DNA of 64,000 nucleotides. Source: Carcharhinus longimanus (taxonomy: Eukaryota). Where the stretch lies: NCBI GenBank assembly GCA_030264375.1, contig JASCQW010000027.1, positions 60,571,387-60,635,386 of the forward strand, in the 5' to 3' direction. The first letter of the stretch is position 1. The number at the start of each line of letters is the position of its first letter. Position numbers and translations under genes: made by a program. This document shows, piece by piece, positions 13,783-24,999 of the stretch. Below the pieces are notes generated by a model. It was not told the DNA's origin, ran no database searches, and was given only the letters and a program-made list of their open reading frames with translations.

Positions 13783-14592
13783 CTTATAATCTCAAACATT
13801 GTCCACTAACAGTAGATTCATATTTTCAAACTATTTCTTGGAATGACAAATAAGGTTAATTGCAAAATGGATTTGAAACTAATGTAAGCATTGAGCTTGC
13901 AAATAAATCTCATTATGGAAAGAACTGATATAAACAATCCATTATGTATGAAATCATTATAGATCAATTACCTGTATTTTTAGTGATTATGCTGACAATT
14001 TTCTCCTAATAGCTTTCCTCCTTTTAAGACTGAAAGATAATTTAATTGAACCCAGCATGATTCATAATTGAAGCTATTTCCTTCCATTATTAAAATTTAT
14101 TTGTCAAGCCTGTATTGATCACACAATGAAAAGATTAATATTTTACTATTTTAATGAGAATCAGCAGTTTTGAAATGTATAACCAATGTCAGCCTTTTAT
14201 CAAATGTCTATGTAATATGCAGGTTAACTTTTAGTCCACACATGCCCAATAGCAATGCACAACTACATTAGCAAAGCTGTATCAAAGATTAAGTATCCAA
14301 TAGTTCTGAGAATTCAAAACATTTAACTCAAGATATTATTGCTATTGAATGTGGAAATCAGAAGTAAAAACAATAAGTTATTAAAAAAATCAAAGTATGT
14401 TCAAAAAATGGTTCATATTCCAGCTCAAGGAAATGTTGATTTTTTTAATATATGTTTATGTATAACTAACATGTCTGTTCAGGACAAGATTTGGGATTAG
14501 CGCAAAATGAGTGACAGCTATCGAACACTTTTTTTTTACATCTTTCTAGTTCCATTTGGCTGCCTGTGATACTGAATTCCAACTAATGTAAT

Positions 14593-14872
14593 CATAGAAT
14601 AGAATCCCGACAGTGCAGAAGGAGGCTATTTGGCCCATCGAGTCCACACCAAACACAATCCCACCCAGATCCTATTCCCACAACCCCTCATATTTACCCT
14701 GCTAAAGCCCCTGACACTAGAGTTAATTTAGCACAGCAGTCAACCTAACCCGTACGTCTTTGGGCTGCAGAAAGAAACCAGAGCACCCAGAGGAAACCCA
14801 CACAGTGACCCAAGGCTGGCATTGAACAAAATCCTTGGCGCTGTGAAGCAACAGTGCTAACCACTGTGCCGC
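14593..14872 (-). mobile_element. HE1-like tRNA-derived SINE
   Basis: Head GGCACAGTGGTTAGCACTG on - strand; CR1-like tail. Confidence 0.85.
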
Positions 14873-15487
14873 ATGATTTGTGCTGCTGCCCAAGTCGCAT
14901 TTCTTCTTCGTGAATCCTTTTTAAGTGCATGTCTGTGTAAGGGCTTAAGACTCAGTGCTTCAATGTATCAATGAATTTGATTTGAAACTTGATGGTTAGA
15001 TTTGCTGATGATCTAAAACTGGAAGATGGAGAGGCAATTGCAAGACTACAGAATGAGAAAAAAATGTTTAGGCTACTGTCAAAATTAGAATCGCGTGACC
15101 TGTCCCTAATATGGGAACGATTGTGTATGAAAAATATACCAAGTTCATATAACATGAACAGGCTCACAGCTTGTGGTGGTTGTGGCTCGGCCAGCAAATA
15201 GAACAAAGGCTTCTTCAACTTCCGTGTTTATAAATTGACTAGTTTATTTTTTTTAACCCCCATCAGACTCGCAGAGTGCAATGAAATTAACCAAAAGAAA
15301 AGGAAGTGTTACTGACACTTTACAAAAATGCTTTGTCATTTGAAGGCTTTAGAGAATGTAATAAGGGACATGTGCGATGGTAAACATGTGGAGAAAGTTA
15401 ATCCAAGATACTACAAATTGTACTGAGCCTGGAAAGTTCAAATTGGAAGTGTCACCCAGGCTGTGATGGGCTCAAATTCTGACTTGC

Positions 15488-15657
15488 CTTCCAAACTCGT
15501 TGCGCAATTATGCTGGGAAGTCTAGGATTTCCCGGGGTGGGGGAATAAGATTGACTTTGATAAAAGTCTTCCTCATCCCTAAATAGCCCGTACTGTAGGA
15601 AAGCATGTGTATTACTACGAAAACATGAACCTTGTCGGCGACACTGGTCGTGGGGAC
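15488..15657 (-). CDS. Gene B coding exon 2 (PHDQCRRQGSCFRSNTHAFLQYGLFRDEEDFYQSQSYSPTPGNPRLPSIIAQRVWK)
   Basis: Acceptor tttatttcag; 170 nt fully open in the phase-1 frame; GC donor AAG|GCAAGT. Confidence 0.75.
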
Positions 15658-15799
15658 CTGAAATAAATGGTTAACGCTTTCAACAAAGGAAAGGGAAAAC
15701 ATGACATTCTTTAAAATGATAATGATGCAATTAGAAAATATGGAAAAGCATATAAAATTAAAAGAATGAAGATTGGGAGTTTTATTTGAGCCCCAGCGC

Positions 15800-16200
15800 T
15801 TTGCATATTATCTAAAATCTTGTAGCTTGCGAGGCCCTTTCGGCAACACCAGAGCTAACGAAGCTATTCTAAGAAAAAAACAGGGAAATCGTTTAATAAA
15901 AACAGACGAGATACAGGACTAGGAGACCGCATTTTCTCCCAGTTACGTAGCGTCTCAGTCGCACAAGAAACTGCACTATGAAGGAACGGGTGTGATAGCA
16001 TCAGTTCCTGGGTCAGACGGATGTTTGGTTTCGTCCTGGTAACGGAGCGCTGAGAAAACTGGAAGTCGAGGACAAGTGCTGAACCTGCGGGTTTGTATTG
16101 CCGCTTTATTTTTTAAAAAATATAATGCGAAGGAGTGATTGATACATTCATTGTAACAACCGGAGGGACTCAAGTGCGGCGATTCAATGGGAGGCTTTTA
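15800..16200. promoter_or_regulatory. Putative bidirectional promoter with RFX X-box-like/MYB-like site (GTCCTGGTAACGG, 16033-16045) and a GGAAGT ETS-like motif
   Basis: Local CpG enrichment relative to the flanks; lies just upstream of the gene B ATG and upstream of gene A; possible gene A 5'UTR donor CGG|GTTTGT at 16091. Confidence 0.55.
15947..16001 (-). CDS. Gene B coding exon 1 (MLSHPFLHSAVSCATETL-R)
   Basis: ATG in CpG-enriched region; donor AC|GTAACT, phase 1, matching exon 2. Confidence 0.65.
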
Positions 16201-16929
16201 TCTGTTCTTGCAGATCAGCTTTTAATAAAACTGCAATCCTTTATGTTTTATCACTAATTAAAACAGAGTTGGTTCCACTGTTGATTTATTGGTTTAAGAT
16301 TAATCGTTCTTATTTAAATATTTCAGAAGATCAGTACCGTAGCGTTTCTGCCCGAGTTACTATGAGGATCACCTTGTCAACCGGCCCAACAGTGTCAAGT
16401 AAAATACTGACAATCCAAAACAACAGTTTCAAAACTTGCGGATAAGACTAAATTGGAGGAGGATTGACAGAATAGGGAAGACGCCAATAAGCGTGCAGAA
16501 TAGCATGTAAATGGGAAACGAACTTCATGTTGGAAAGTGTGAGGTGGAACATAAACACCAGTCTGGCCCAATTAGCCGAATTGCATGTTTAAGTGCTGGA
16601 TATCCTGAATATGCATACCTGATGTAATAATTAGTGGTGAAATCACCAGTGGAGCTCTGTATTGTGGTAGTATTACAGTGAGTTATTGTGAACTCACTTC
16701 ACGTGCAGAGGATTTGGGGAAACATGCCACAATCTACTTCACATACGGAACACCCTTGCTTAGAGTAGATAGCAAGAAAAATGGTCACAGCACTTAAGCA
16801 GTTAAATGCTCCTGGAATTGGCAAACATATTCACTTTAACAAAAACTTGTTGCAGTCAAATGAAGAGAGAGAAAAGAAAGAATCCATTTGAACCTTTCTC
16901 AGCTGATCATAACAAAGGGAAGTGGTTAG

Positions 16930-17500
16930 CCAAATAGTATAAAGTTTTTGAGTTGTAACAGTGGATAAGGGAAAATCATGGATGTGATGTATTTGAAAAG
17001 CTTTCAATCAATAAGGTGCCACACAGCAGGTTATTGCATTGCAATGTTAATGGAATTATTGGGTAATATATTGGTATCAGTAGAGGATTGGTTGATGGGC
17101 AGGAAACAGTAAGAATAAACAGATCAGTTTCTGGTTGGCTGGCTGTAACAAGTGAGATACCTCAAAATTAGTGCTTGGGTCTCAGCTATTTACAATCTAT
17201 ATCAATGATTTAGATAAGAGGATTGTGAAATGTATGCAAATTTGTTGATGATACCATGTTAGGAGGAATGTAAGCTGTAAAGTGGACAAAATGCTGCAAA
17301 AAGATAGACAGATTAAATGGAGGAACAAAAATGTGGCAGATGGAATATAATGAGGAAGGTGAAGCTATTCAATTTGATAGGGGGAAAAATGGTGAGCAGT
17401 AATTGTTGAATGTTGAGAGACTGGCAAACGGTAGTATTCAGAGGAATTTAAGTGAACTTGTACATGAATCATGGAAAGTTAACATGCAGGCATAACAAAC
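16930..17500 (+). mobile_element. Degenerate CR1 LINE reverse transcriptase fragment
   Basis: Remnants KVPHSRL, LFTIYINDLD, KFVDDT with frameshifts. Confidence 0.8.
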
Positions 17501-19204
17501 AATTCCATTGGATATGTGGTACAGTGACAGAACATTCAACACAACCAGTCCATATCAGAGTTTATGCTCCTCTCAAGCCTTCTTGCGTCCTTCTTCATCT
17601 AAATGTTTCAGTGTAACCATCTTATTCCCTTCTCCCTCTGCACTTGCCAGCTTATGGTGTCTAAGTTAAACAATTCCTTGTGGTAGGTAATTCCACATTC
17701 TCACCATATTTTGACTAAAGAAGTTTGTTCTTAATTCCCTGCTGGAAATTTTGATGAGAATTTTATACTGTTGGCCTCTAGTTATGCTCTTCCCCAGAAG
17801 AGGTGTTTAAAAACTTTACTGATGTTAGATGTGAAGTATCCCAAACCTAGAAGGTAACTTGGAATGGTGGTCCTTAAATGTGTATTTTGCAATTTGGTAC
17901 AATGTGAGGAAAGATCTGCAAGCCAGTGAGTAAAGGTTTAGTCTTGTTATAATCATTCAAAGAAAAGAATGTTTATTAAACTGTAAAACATGCAACAAGT
18001 AAGGCCACAAAATACAGTTAACTATAGTAATGGCTACATACACATTTACATTGAATGAACCCCATTCAAATTCTATCCACATTCTTAAACTCCAAGATCA
18101 TCCCTTTACATAAAACAACACCTCATAAAGTTTAACTTTGAGCCAAATCCAGCAAATAGTTACCACATACAGCTGGGTGAGAGTATGATCTTTGTTGTTC
18201 ACCAGCTGTGCTTCTCTCTGCAGTTCCAAATTAATGCCACCACTGATGTCTTGTTTATCCCTTTTGATCTTATCCTATTCAAACAACCCACCTCAAAAAT
18301 CATACTTTATAGTATGTAAGAGTGACATATATTCTTATGTCTCCACTTTGAATGCCTATCTATATGTAATTTTACCATCGTTGATTCTGTATTCTTTTGC
18401 TCTCCATTTCACTTAAGTAAAAATATTCACCTTGCTGTGGAGCTAATTTGCACATCAAAACATCCTTCAGACCAGCTGAACCTCAATCAATTCTCTTTTC
18501 ATTTATATCCTTCTCAAAATAAGGCCTGATCTTTGGTTTACTTTCTTTTAGTAGCCATTCTAACCTGTGGTGCAATTTTTAGTGATAAATATCATACTTG
18601 GAGTTCCTCTACCCCACCTAGACTTGCACCTTTAAAGTAATCCTTTCCTACAAATTGTACTACGTCACATTTATCATTATTGAACTCCATTAACCATTTA
18701 CCAATGATTTGCCCATTCTGCAAGTTTATTCATGTCCTCCTGTAATTTATTGAGGTTCTTCTCAGTATTGATTCCCCCACCCACCACAGCCAATTTGGCA
18801 CCTGTTCTAGAAAGGAGGCCAGTGATGGAAGAACCCCTTCTCTCTTCCCCATCCACCTTTCCCACCCAAGATGTGAGATGGGTGATCTGCCATGCTTTCT
18901 CTTGTCCCTGAGCTCCGACCAGCAGAAATATTGGAGCATGCATCAAGAGACCTTTAAGGACCTCAACTGGGATGAGGGTGGGTGGAATGCCTCAGGCCTC
19001 ATCTACCGCCACCCCATCCCACCCCTCTTAAAATTGCAGGCACATTAGGGTCAGGTGGAAAGATGAGGGGATTTTACAGGCATGCCTCCTTCCCTCTACC
19101 TGCAAACCTGCAGAGGGCTGTAAAATTCTGTCACTAGTTTTATCTTTGTTCCCTAGGCACTTCTCTGTCCATTTCAGGGATTGAGTAAAACTAGTTCAGT
19201 ATCT

Positions 19205-19552
19205 TCATAGAATCCTCCAATGCAGAAGGAGGCCATTCAGCCCATTGAGTCTGCACCAACCACAATCCCACCTAGTCCCTATCCCCATAACCCCATGCAT
19301 TTACCCTAGCTAGTTCCCCCTGACATTAAGGGACAATTTAGCATGGCCAATCCACCTAACCCGCACATCCTTGGACTGTGGGAGGAAACTGAAGCACCCA
19401 GAAGAAACCCACACAGACATAGGGAGAATGTGTAAACTCCACACAGACACTGACCCGAGCTGGGAATCGAACCCGGATCTCTGGTGCTGTGTGGCAACAG
19501 TGCTAACCACTATGCCACCGTGGGCAGCACGGTGGCACAGTGGTTAGCACTG
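19205..19552 (-). mobile_element. HE1-like SINE with inverted head duplication
   Basis: A-box/B-box head (GGTTCGATTCCC on - strand), body and tail; palindromic junction at 19498-19552. Confidence 0.88.
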
Positions 19553-19868
19553 ATTGAAGGTACCCAAAGGCATTGTTGTTATATGAGGTGCTGTTCAAAA
19601 TCAGACGTTAATGGCTGCTCTTCCTCTTTGGAGTAGTTATTGCCCAGCACTTTCAGTATCATGAGTTTTACCTGCCATTTGTCAGTTCAAAGATGAAAAT
19701 TATTCAAGTGTTGGTAGAAGCAGCTATGAGCAATTCATTATTATTGAAAGAGTTGTGAATAGAGCTAACACTGTGTAATTGTGGCTAAACAGTCCTATTT
19801 CTAACTTGTCTTTTGTTGCTGTTCTGCTTTCTTAGGCTCAGCTGAAAAGGAGCTAACTGCTACTCAAC

Positions 19869-19894
19869 ATGAGCACTTTTCCCAAAGAGTTCCA
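19869..19894 (+). CDS. Gene A coding exon 1 (MSTFPKEF-H); whole exon 19836-19894 includes 5'UTR
   Basis: Pyrimidine-rich acceptor ...tgctttcttag at 19835; in-frame upstream TAA; AAC-ATG context; donor CA|GTAAGA; phase 2 matches next exon. Confidence 0.7.
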
Positions 19895-21068
19895 GTAAGA
19901 TTACAAAAAAATAAAGCCTGCTGTTTTGCTAAGTGCTTTTTGAAACCTTGTAATAGGGGTGCTCAGTGACTACCTTTTGTGAGACAGACTAGATAACTCA
20001 TCATGGACAGTATTGCAAAAGTGTGAGTCACAACTTTAAGTGCAACATTAATCCATATAGGAATCAATATTAAAACTCTTGTTAGGTCCTGTAAGAACTT
20101 TATCAGATTAAAATGTTATACCATCTAAGTGGAAATATTTTACGTTGCTAAATTCCAACATTGATAAATGAAGTCACTTTTAAAATTAAGTAAGATTAAA
20201 AATATAAAAGAAAAATGTAACTTCCTACTTAGAGTACCTCCAGCTTGCTATGGATCCTGCTTCTCAAACCTCCTCTTCTCCTAGTGGCTACAGATTCTAT
20301 CCCTCCAACTGTAGCCTACCCCTCCTCTCCAACCTCAGCACTGCAGCCTCTTCCTGACCCACCCTCTGCTGATTCTCCCACACCCTGACTTACTCTTTCT
20401 TATTTCCCTTTCCTGTGCCTGCATTCCCATTTGAAGATCCAGATCTGATCCAAAGCCAGAGCTCCGATGTTGTGGAAGTGCCAGTCTCAGTGGTGCAAAA
20501 ATGCCGTGCTGGGGCTCCTACAATCATGTTTTTTTTTAATGCTGCTTCAAATGGGAATACAGACCCAAAAGAGGGATGTAATGAAAGAGGGAGTCAGGGA
20601 GTGGGAGGTTTGGCCATTGGGTGAATCGGGGAGGCTGCAGCTCTGAGGTCAGAAAGGAGGAAGGCCACAACTCGGAGTGAGGAAGGGAGAGCTCACAACT
20701 CTGGGAGGGGGAAGGAGAAAGGCCACAAGTCGGGGAGTGGAAGCCACAACCTGAAGGTCAGAGCGGGGTGAAATTGCTCCAAAATGGCACCAATTGGATC
20801 TCATGGAAAGCAACGTTAAAGTCAACCTTGCGTCACTCAGCGACATTACAGGTAATGTATCAATGTTAAAACAAACAACTTAAAAATCAGGCAATGTTAA
20901 GTAAGGACTTACTCTACAGGCTGGCTTATTTGCATTTATTGTATTTTGAGGGTGAAATAGAGTATTGAAACTGCTATTCTTTCTTTCTCAAAATGATACT
21001 GTCTGTTTTCCGTAGAATGTGTTAGCATAATTCTGTTGTTACACAAGTTCCTTCCTTTCCTCCTGTAG

Positions 21069-21161
21069 TTCAGCTGGAAACCATTTGGCTCGTGTTGAAA
21101 CAGAGTTTATAAAAAATCTCCAGCAACAGATCTATTATCTGGAACTTGAAGCCAACTTTCT
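21069..21161 (+). CDS. Gene A coding exon 2 (SAGNHLARVETEFIKNLQQQIYYLELEANF-L)
   Basis: Polypyrimidine acceptor ttcctcctgtag; open frame with amphipathic helical pattern; ends at U12 donor ATATCCTTT. Confidence 0.9.
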
Positions 21162-21768
21162 ATATCCTTTCTATACCAAGATTGTTCAGTCATTATGCAC
21201 TTATACAAAAGTAATCTTGTGGCATGCACATTTACTTATAGATTGGAAAGTGCCTCAGTAGCTTTAGCTCATGTCCCTGACTTGACTCTCCTCCAAACTG
21301 CTTTTATTATGCAAACTTCAGACGATTTTTGACCATAGCCATTGAATGATTAGATTTAGGGAATGATAGGTGAGACTTGACAAGCCAGTCCTGATGGTAG
21401 AAGGACACTCTAATCATCTAAGCATGCCTGGCATTGCCAGTGTTAGTATACATCAATAACCTGGCTGTATTTAGTGTGAGCCTGTCACCATCAGGCTTTC
21501 ATGTGCCATTTTGGATAAACTAAAGAAATTCAGCTGGTGAAATATTGAGAGCTGGACAGCACTGGTCTCTGAACAAGCACAAAATTGTAAAATACCACAC
21601 AACTTGGACACAGTTCATGGTCAGGGCATGGCCATATTCATTGTAAGTTGCCTCCCTGTTTGATAATTGAGTGACTGGGAATATTTTATCTAATATCAGA
21701 AATCTCTCAATGGTGCGCTCAAGTTTTTAGTAATTTTTTTTGTTCTTAATATCTTAACCAAAATATAC
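21162..21768 (+). other. U12-type (minor spliceosome) AT-AC intron, 607 nt
   Basis: 5' ATATCCTTT; branch point TCTTAAC at 21752-21758; 3' end TAC at 21768; removal joins CT+T (Leu) and keeps the reading frame. Confidence 0.92.
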
Positions 21769-21847
21769 TCGTGATCAAACAAAAAAATCCATCATGCTTC
21801 AACCAAAAGTGGAATTGGAAGCAGAGAGAATGTCACAGAAACTACAG
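21769..21847 (+). CDS. Gene A coding exon 3 (RDQTKKSIMLQPKVELEAERMSQKLQ)
   Basis: Follows AC acceptor; 79 nt; donor CAG|GTAACA, phase 0. Confidence 0.9.
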
Positions 21848-22749
21848 GTAACAATTAACTTTTTTTATAGAAAGTAATCAAATTATTTCAATTGCTGCTG
21901 CTTAACCCAAATTCAAATGTGGCCATATAAGAGGTGTCTGGAGAGAAGAGGGTAAAACTGACCTCTACTTTGATAGAAATATGTCAGGCCAGACACCCAT
22001 CTCCCACCCCATCCCAACTCTGGGCCTCATAAATGGCTCAATAAGTTTATCTACACAGGCAAAGACATGCTAAATTTGATCCAGTTTCTGTGCTAAATTG
22101 GCTGGATGCTATAGGGGTGCTATAATTAGCCCAGCAAAGAACTATTATCCCTTTTTCAAAGTACTGAGATATTTACTGTCACTGGGTCAAAATCCTGCTT
22201 TTCCCTTCCTAACAGCATTGTGAACCTACCTACACCTTAGGGTCTGCAGGCTTTTGAAATAGAAACACAAAGCAGGAGTAGGCTAGCTGTATGCTCCACC
22301 ATTCATCTTGATCAAGGCTGATCATCGAACTCAATATCCAGCACCCCCCTTCCCCCACCATATCCCTTTAGCCTCAAGAGTTATATCTAATTTCTTCTTG
22401 AAATTAGACAATGTCTTGGCCTCAAGCCTGCCATAACTCTTGGCAAAATGAGCTGGAAAGGTTGAAAGTCAGTTCCAAACTCATAAATTGCCAGATTCCA
22501 CCTCTAAAGATGCCAGTGGTGCAGTAGGGGGCAGTGTTGATGATAGCAATTCAAATATCAGGAGTTCCTCAGCAGCTTACTGAATGAAAATAATGCCTCC
22601 ATCTGTGGTTCCGGACAGGAATCATGACCCCCCTTACCAAAATAAATAAAGGATTGTTTCCCATAACCTAGAGCTACATTGCACAAGGCTGCCAGGAGTG
22701 CACATAACTTAGCATGGTTTTATAAATTGCAAACTCTCACATAACAGAG

Positions 22750-23270
22750 AGCATGGAGTTCAAGGAAAAAGTACCCTTCTCATCTACAACTGCCCTTCTA
22801 AGCAACACCTTCACTTTCCAGAATGCAGAAAAGTTGTATGAGCCTCCAAATTATGCAGCTAGGAATGAACCTGCAATGCGTGTCAACAGATGCCTTGCAC
22901 AAGCACACTTTTCATTGAGGATGAGACATCGCTGATGTCGGTACTCAACTGAGAAGGGATGCACACTGTGCTGATGGGATTCACACAACATCGGCCAGAC
23001 ACACATGATGCAAAATCTGCAATAAGTGAGTGGAAGGAACATAGTGTGACATCTGATCGAGCACCAATAGAACTCGGCGTACAGCGGAGTCATACACAAG
23101 AGGAGATGTGAATTGGATAAAGTTCTATTTACACTGGTGAGTGCATATGCATGTGGTGAATATGGCACCACCACTGTGCTCCTAATATTTCTTAATGTTC
23201 CTAACCCTACCACTAATGCCTTGGTGCATCCACAACAATGAACAATTAAGGGTCAATTTGGCTTCTAATC
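22750..23270 (+). mobile_element. Possible degenerate Penelope-like GIY-YIG endonuclease fragment
   Basis: C...IGQT...ISE-like remnants; heavily decayed. Confidence 0.35.
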
Positions 23271-23392
23271 AAGCCAATTTACCCTGATAATACATTGCCC
23301 ATGGCATTAAAGGTTTGGCTAGGGCAGCAAGGGAGGAGTGGGAAGCTGGATTCTTTTTACCTCAAATGCTTGAAGTGTGGGAAGGAAGGAAG

Positions 23393-23760
23393 GACTTATA
23401 AAATTCTAACAGGGTTAGACAGGGTAGATTCAGAAAGAATGTTCCCAATGGTGGGGAAGTCCAGAACTCGGGGTCATAGTTTGAGGATAAGAGGTAAAAC
23501 TTTTTAGAATTGAGGTGAGGAGAAATTTCTTCACCCAGATGGTGGTGAATGTGTGGAATTCACTATCACAGAATGTAGTTGAGGGCCAAAACATTGTCTG
23601 ATTTCAAGAAGAAGTTAGACGTAGATCTTGGGCTAAAGGGATCAAGGGATATGGGAGGAAAGAGAGGATTGGGATATTGAATTTGATGATTAACCACGAT
23701 CAAGATGAATGGTGGAGCAGGGTTGAAGGGCCGAATGGCCTACTCCTCCTAGTTTCTATG
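23393..23760 (+). mobile_element. CR1 LINE 3' end
   Basis: TYKILTGLDRVDSERMFPMVGKSRTRGHSL; tail ggccgaatggcctactcct...ttctatg. Confidence 0.9.
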
Positions 23761-24354
23761 ACTCTTCGGGGCTGCCCTTTGCCAGTCATGGGATTCCTCC
23801 ACCAACCCCATTACCCAGGTTGAAACCCTCCTTCCTACAACCTCCCCCAACTGCCTCACTGTCCCACTCCCTAACCTGCACAAACCCTCCCAGCCCGAGA
23901 CCCCAGACCTCCTCCGAGGACACGGGGCTTTGGGGTCCTTACTTCTCTTGTAGTTCCAATAGCGGCCATTAACACTCCTTGGTGCTGCTGGGACTGATGG
24001 TGTTGCAGGTCAATCACAATGAGGGGCGGGAGTTCCACTCGGTCTTCACCAGTCCGTGACGCTTTAGGGCTGTGATGCGTGTTGGCTCCATGCCAACATT
24101 GTTTCCTGTGGCGGCATGTCATCTGCCCCCAACTGCCTTCTCCCCCCATATTATTCACACCTGTATCTTTAAAATAGTTCAAAAGCTGTGAAGTATTTTA
24201 AAGGTATAGGGATTGGGATTGTGAAATGAGCTTTTGTAAATACAAATTAGTAAAGGCTGTTGATGCAAACATTGGGGAAAAGTACAAAAGTGTTTCATTG
24301 GTCAGCACAGTTCTTTTCCTCAAGGCTTTAATCAATATGTTTGTCATTGCGCAG

Positions 24355-24469
24355 GAGATGCGATCTCAAGTTGATGGTCTACACTTAGAACTGAAAAGAA
24401 AAGAAGCCCATTTAAACATGTTGCAGACTGAAAAAGAGAGGCTTGGCAAACAACTTAATCTCTCAGTTG
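24355..24469 (+). CDS. Gene A coding exon 4 (EMRSQVDGLHLELKRKEAHLNMLQTEKERLGKQLNLSV)
   Basis: Acceptor gcgcag, phase 0; coiled-coil sequence; ends at non-canonical donor TG|GCAAGT, phase 1. Confidence 0.85.
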
Positions 24470-24999
24470 GCAAGTTCTGTGATTGGCACGTAGTGCACGA
24501 ACTGAAATTTATTTTTCATATAAATATTCTATGTATAACTTGTTATTAACATGCAGTTTCGTATTTTTGCTTTATGAAAGTTGATTCGTTTACAATACCA
24601 ACAAGTTGGTATTTATATAGTGCCTTTAATTGAGATTCATCACAAGATGGTTCATAGAGCGTTATAAAGCAAAATCTAACTCTGATCACATAAGGAGGAG
24701 TGGATATTAAGCACTAATGAAGCAAGTTCTAAGAACAATGAAGGAGGAGTCCAGGGGCCAGGAGGAATGATAGCACAGGGAGATATGAAGCACAGTAGCA
24801 GAGGAGTCCTAAGATGAACAGAAGCAGCTGCTGAGCAAAAGTAGAATGAGATATTAAGTGTGGCAGTGGAGCAGGCATGAAATCATGAGGAACAGGAGTT
24901 GAAAGCAACTCAAATATTAGAATAAATTGGAGGGATGACATTCGAATCTGTATCGAGAAGAAGGAGAGGCAGAACCTGAGGAAAGAAAAATCGTGATCA

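Noticed and set aside
13440-13799. 119-aa ORF MFEIIREAPV...
   Set aside because: Its donor would be phase 0, incompatible with the phase-1 exon at 9846, and the ORF runs into a CR1 remnant; the alternative frame is preferred
20760-20851. ATG-containing segment ending in CAG|GTAATG as a gene A exon
   Set aside because: Sits in repeat-like sequence with no convincing acceptor; exons 1 and 2 already join in phase
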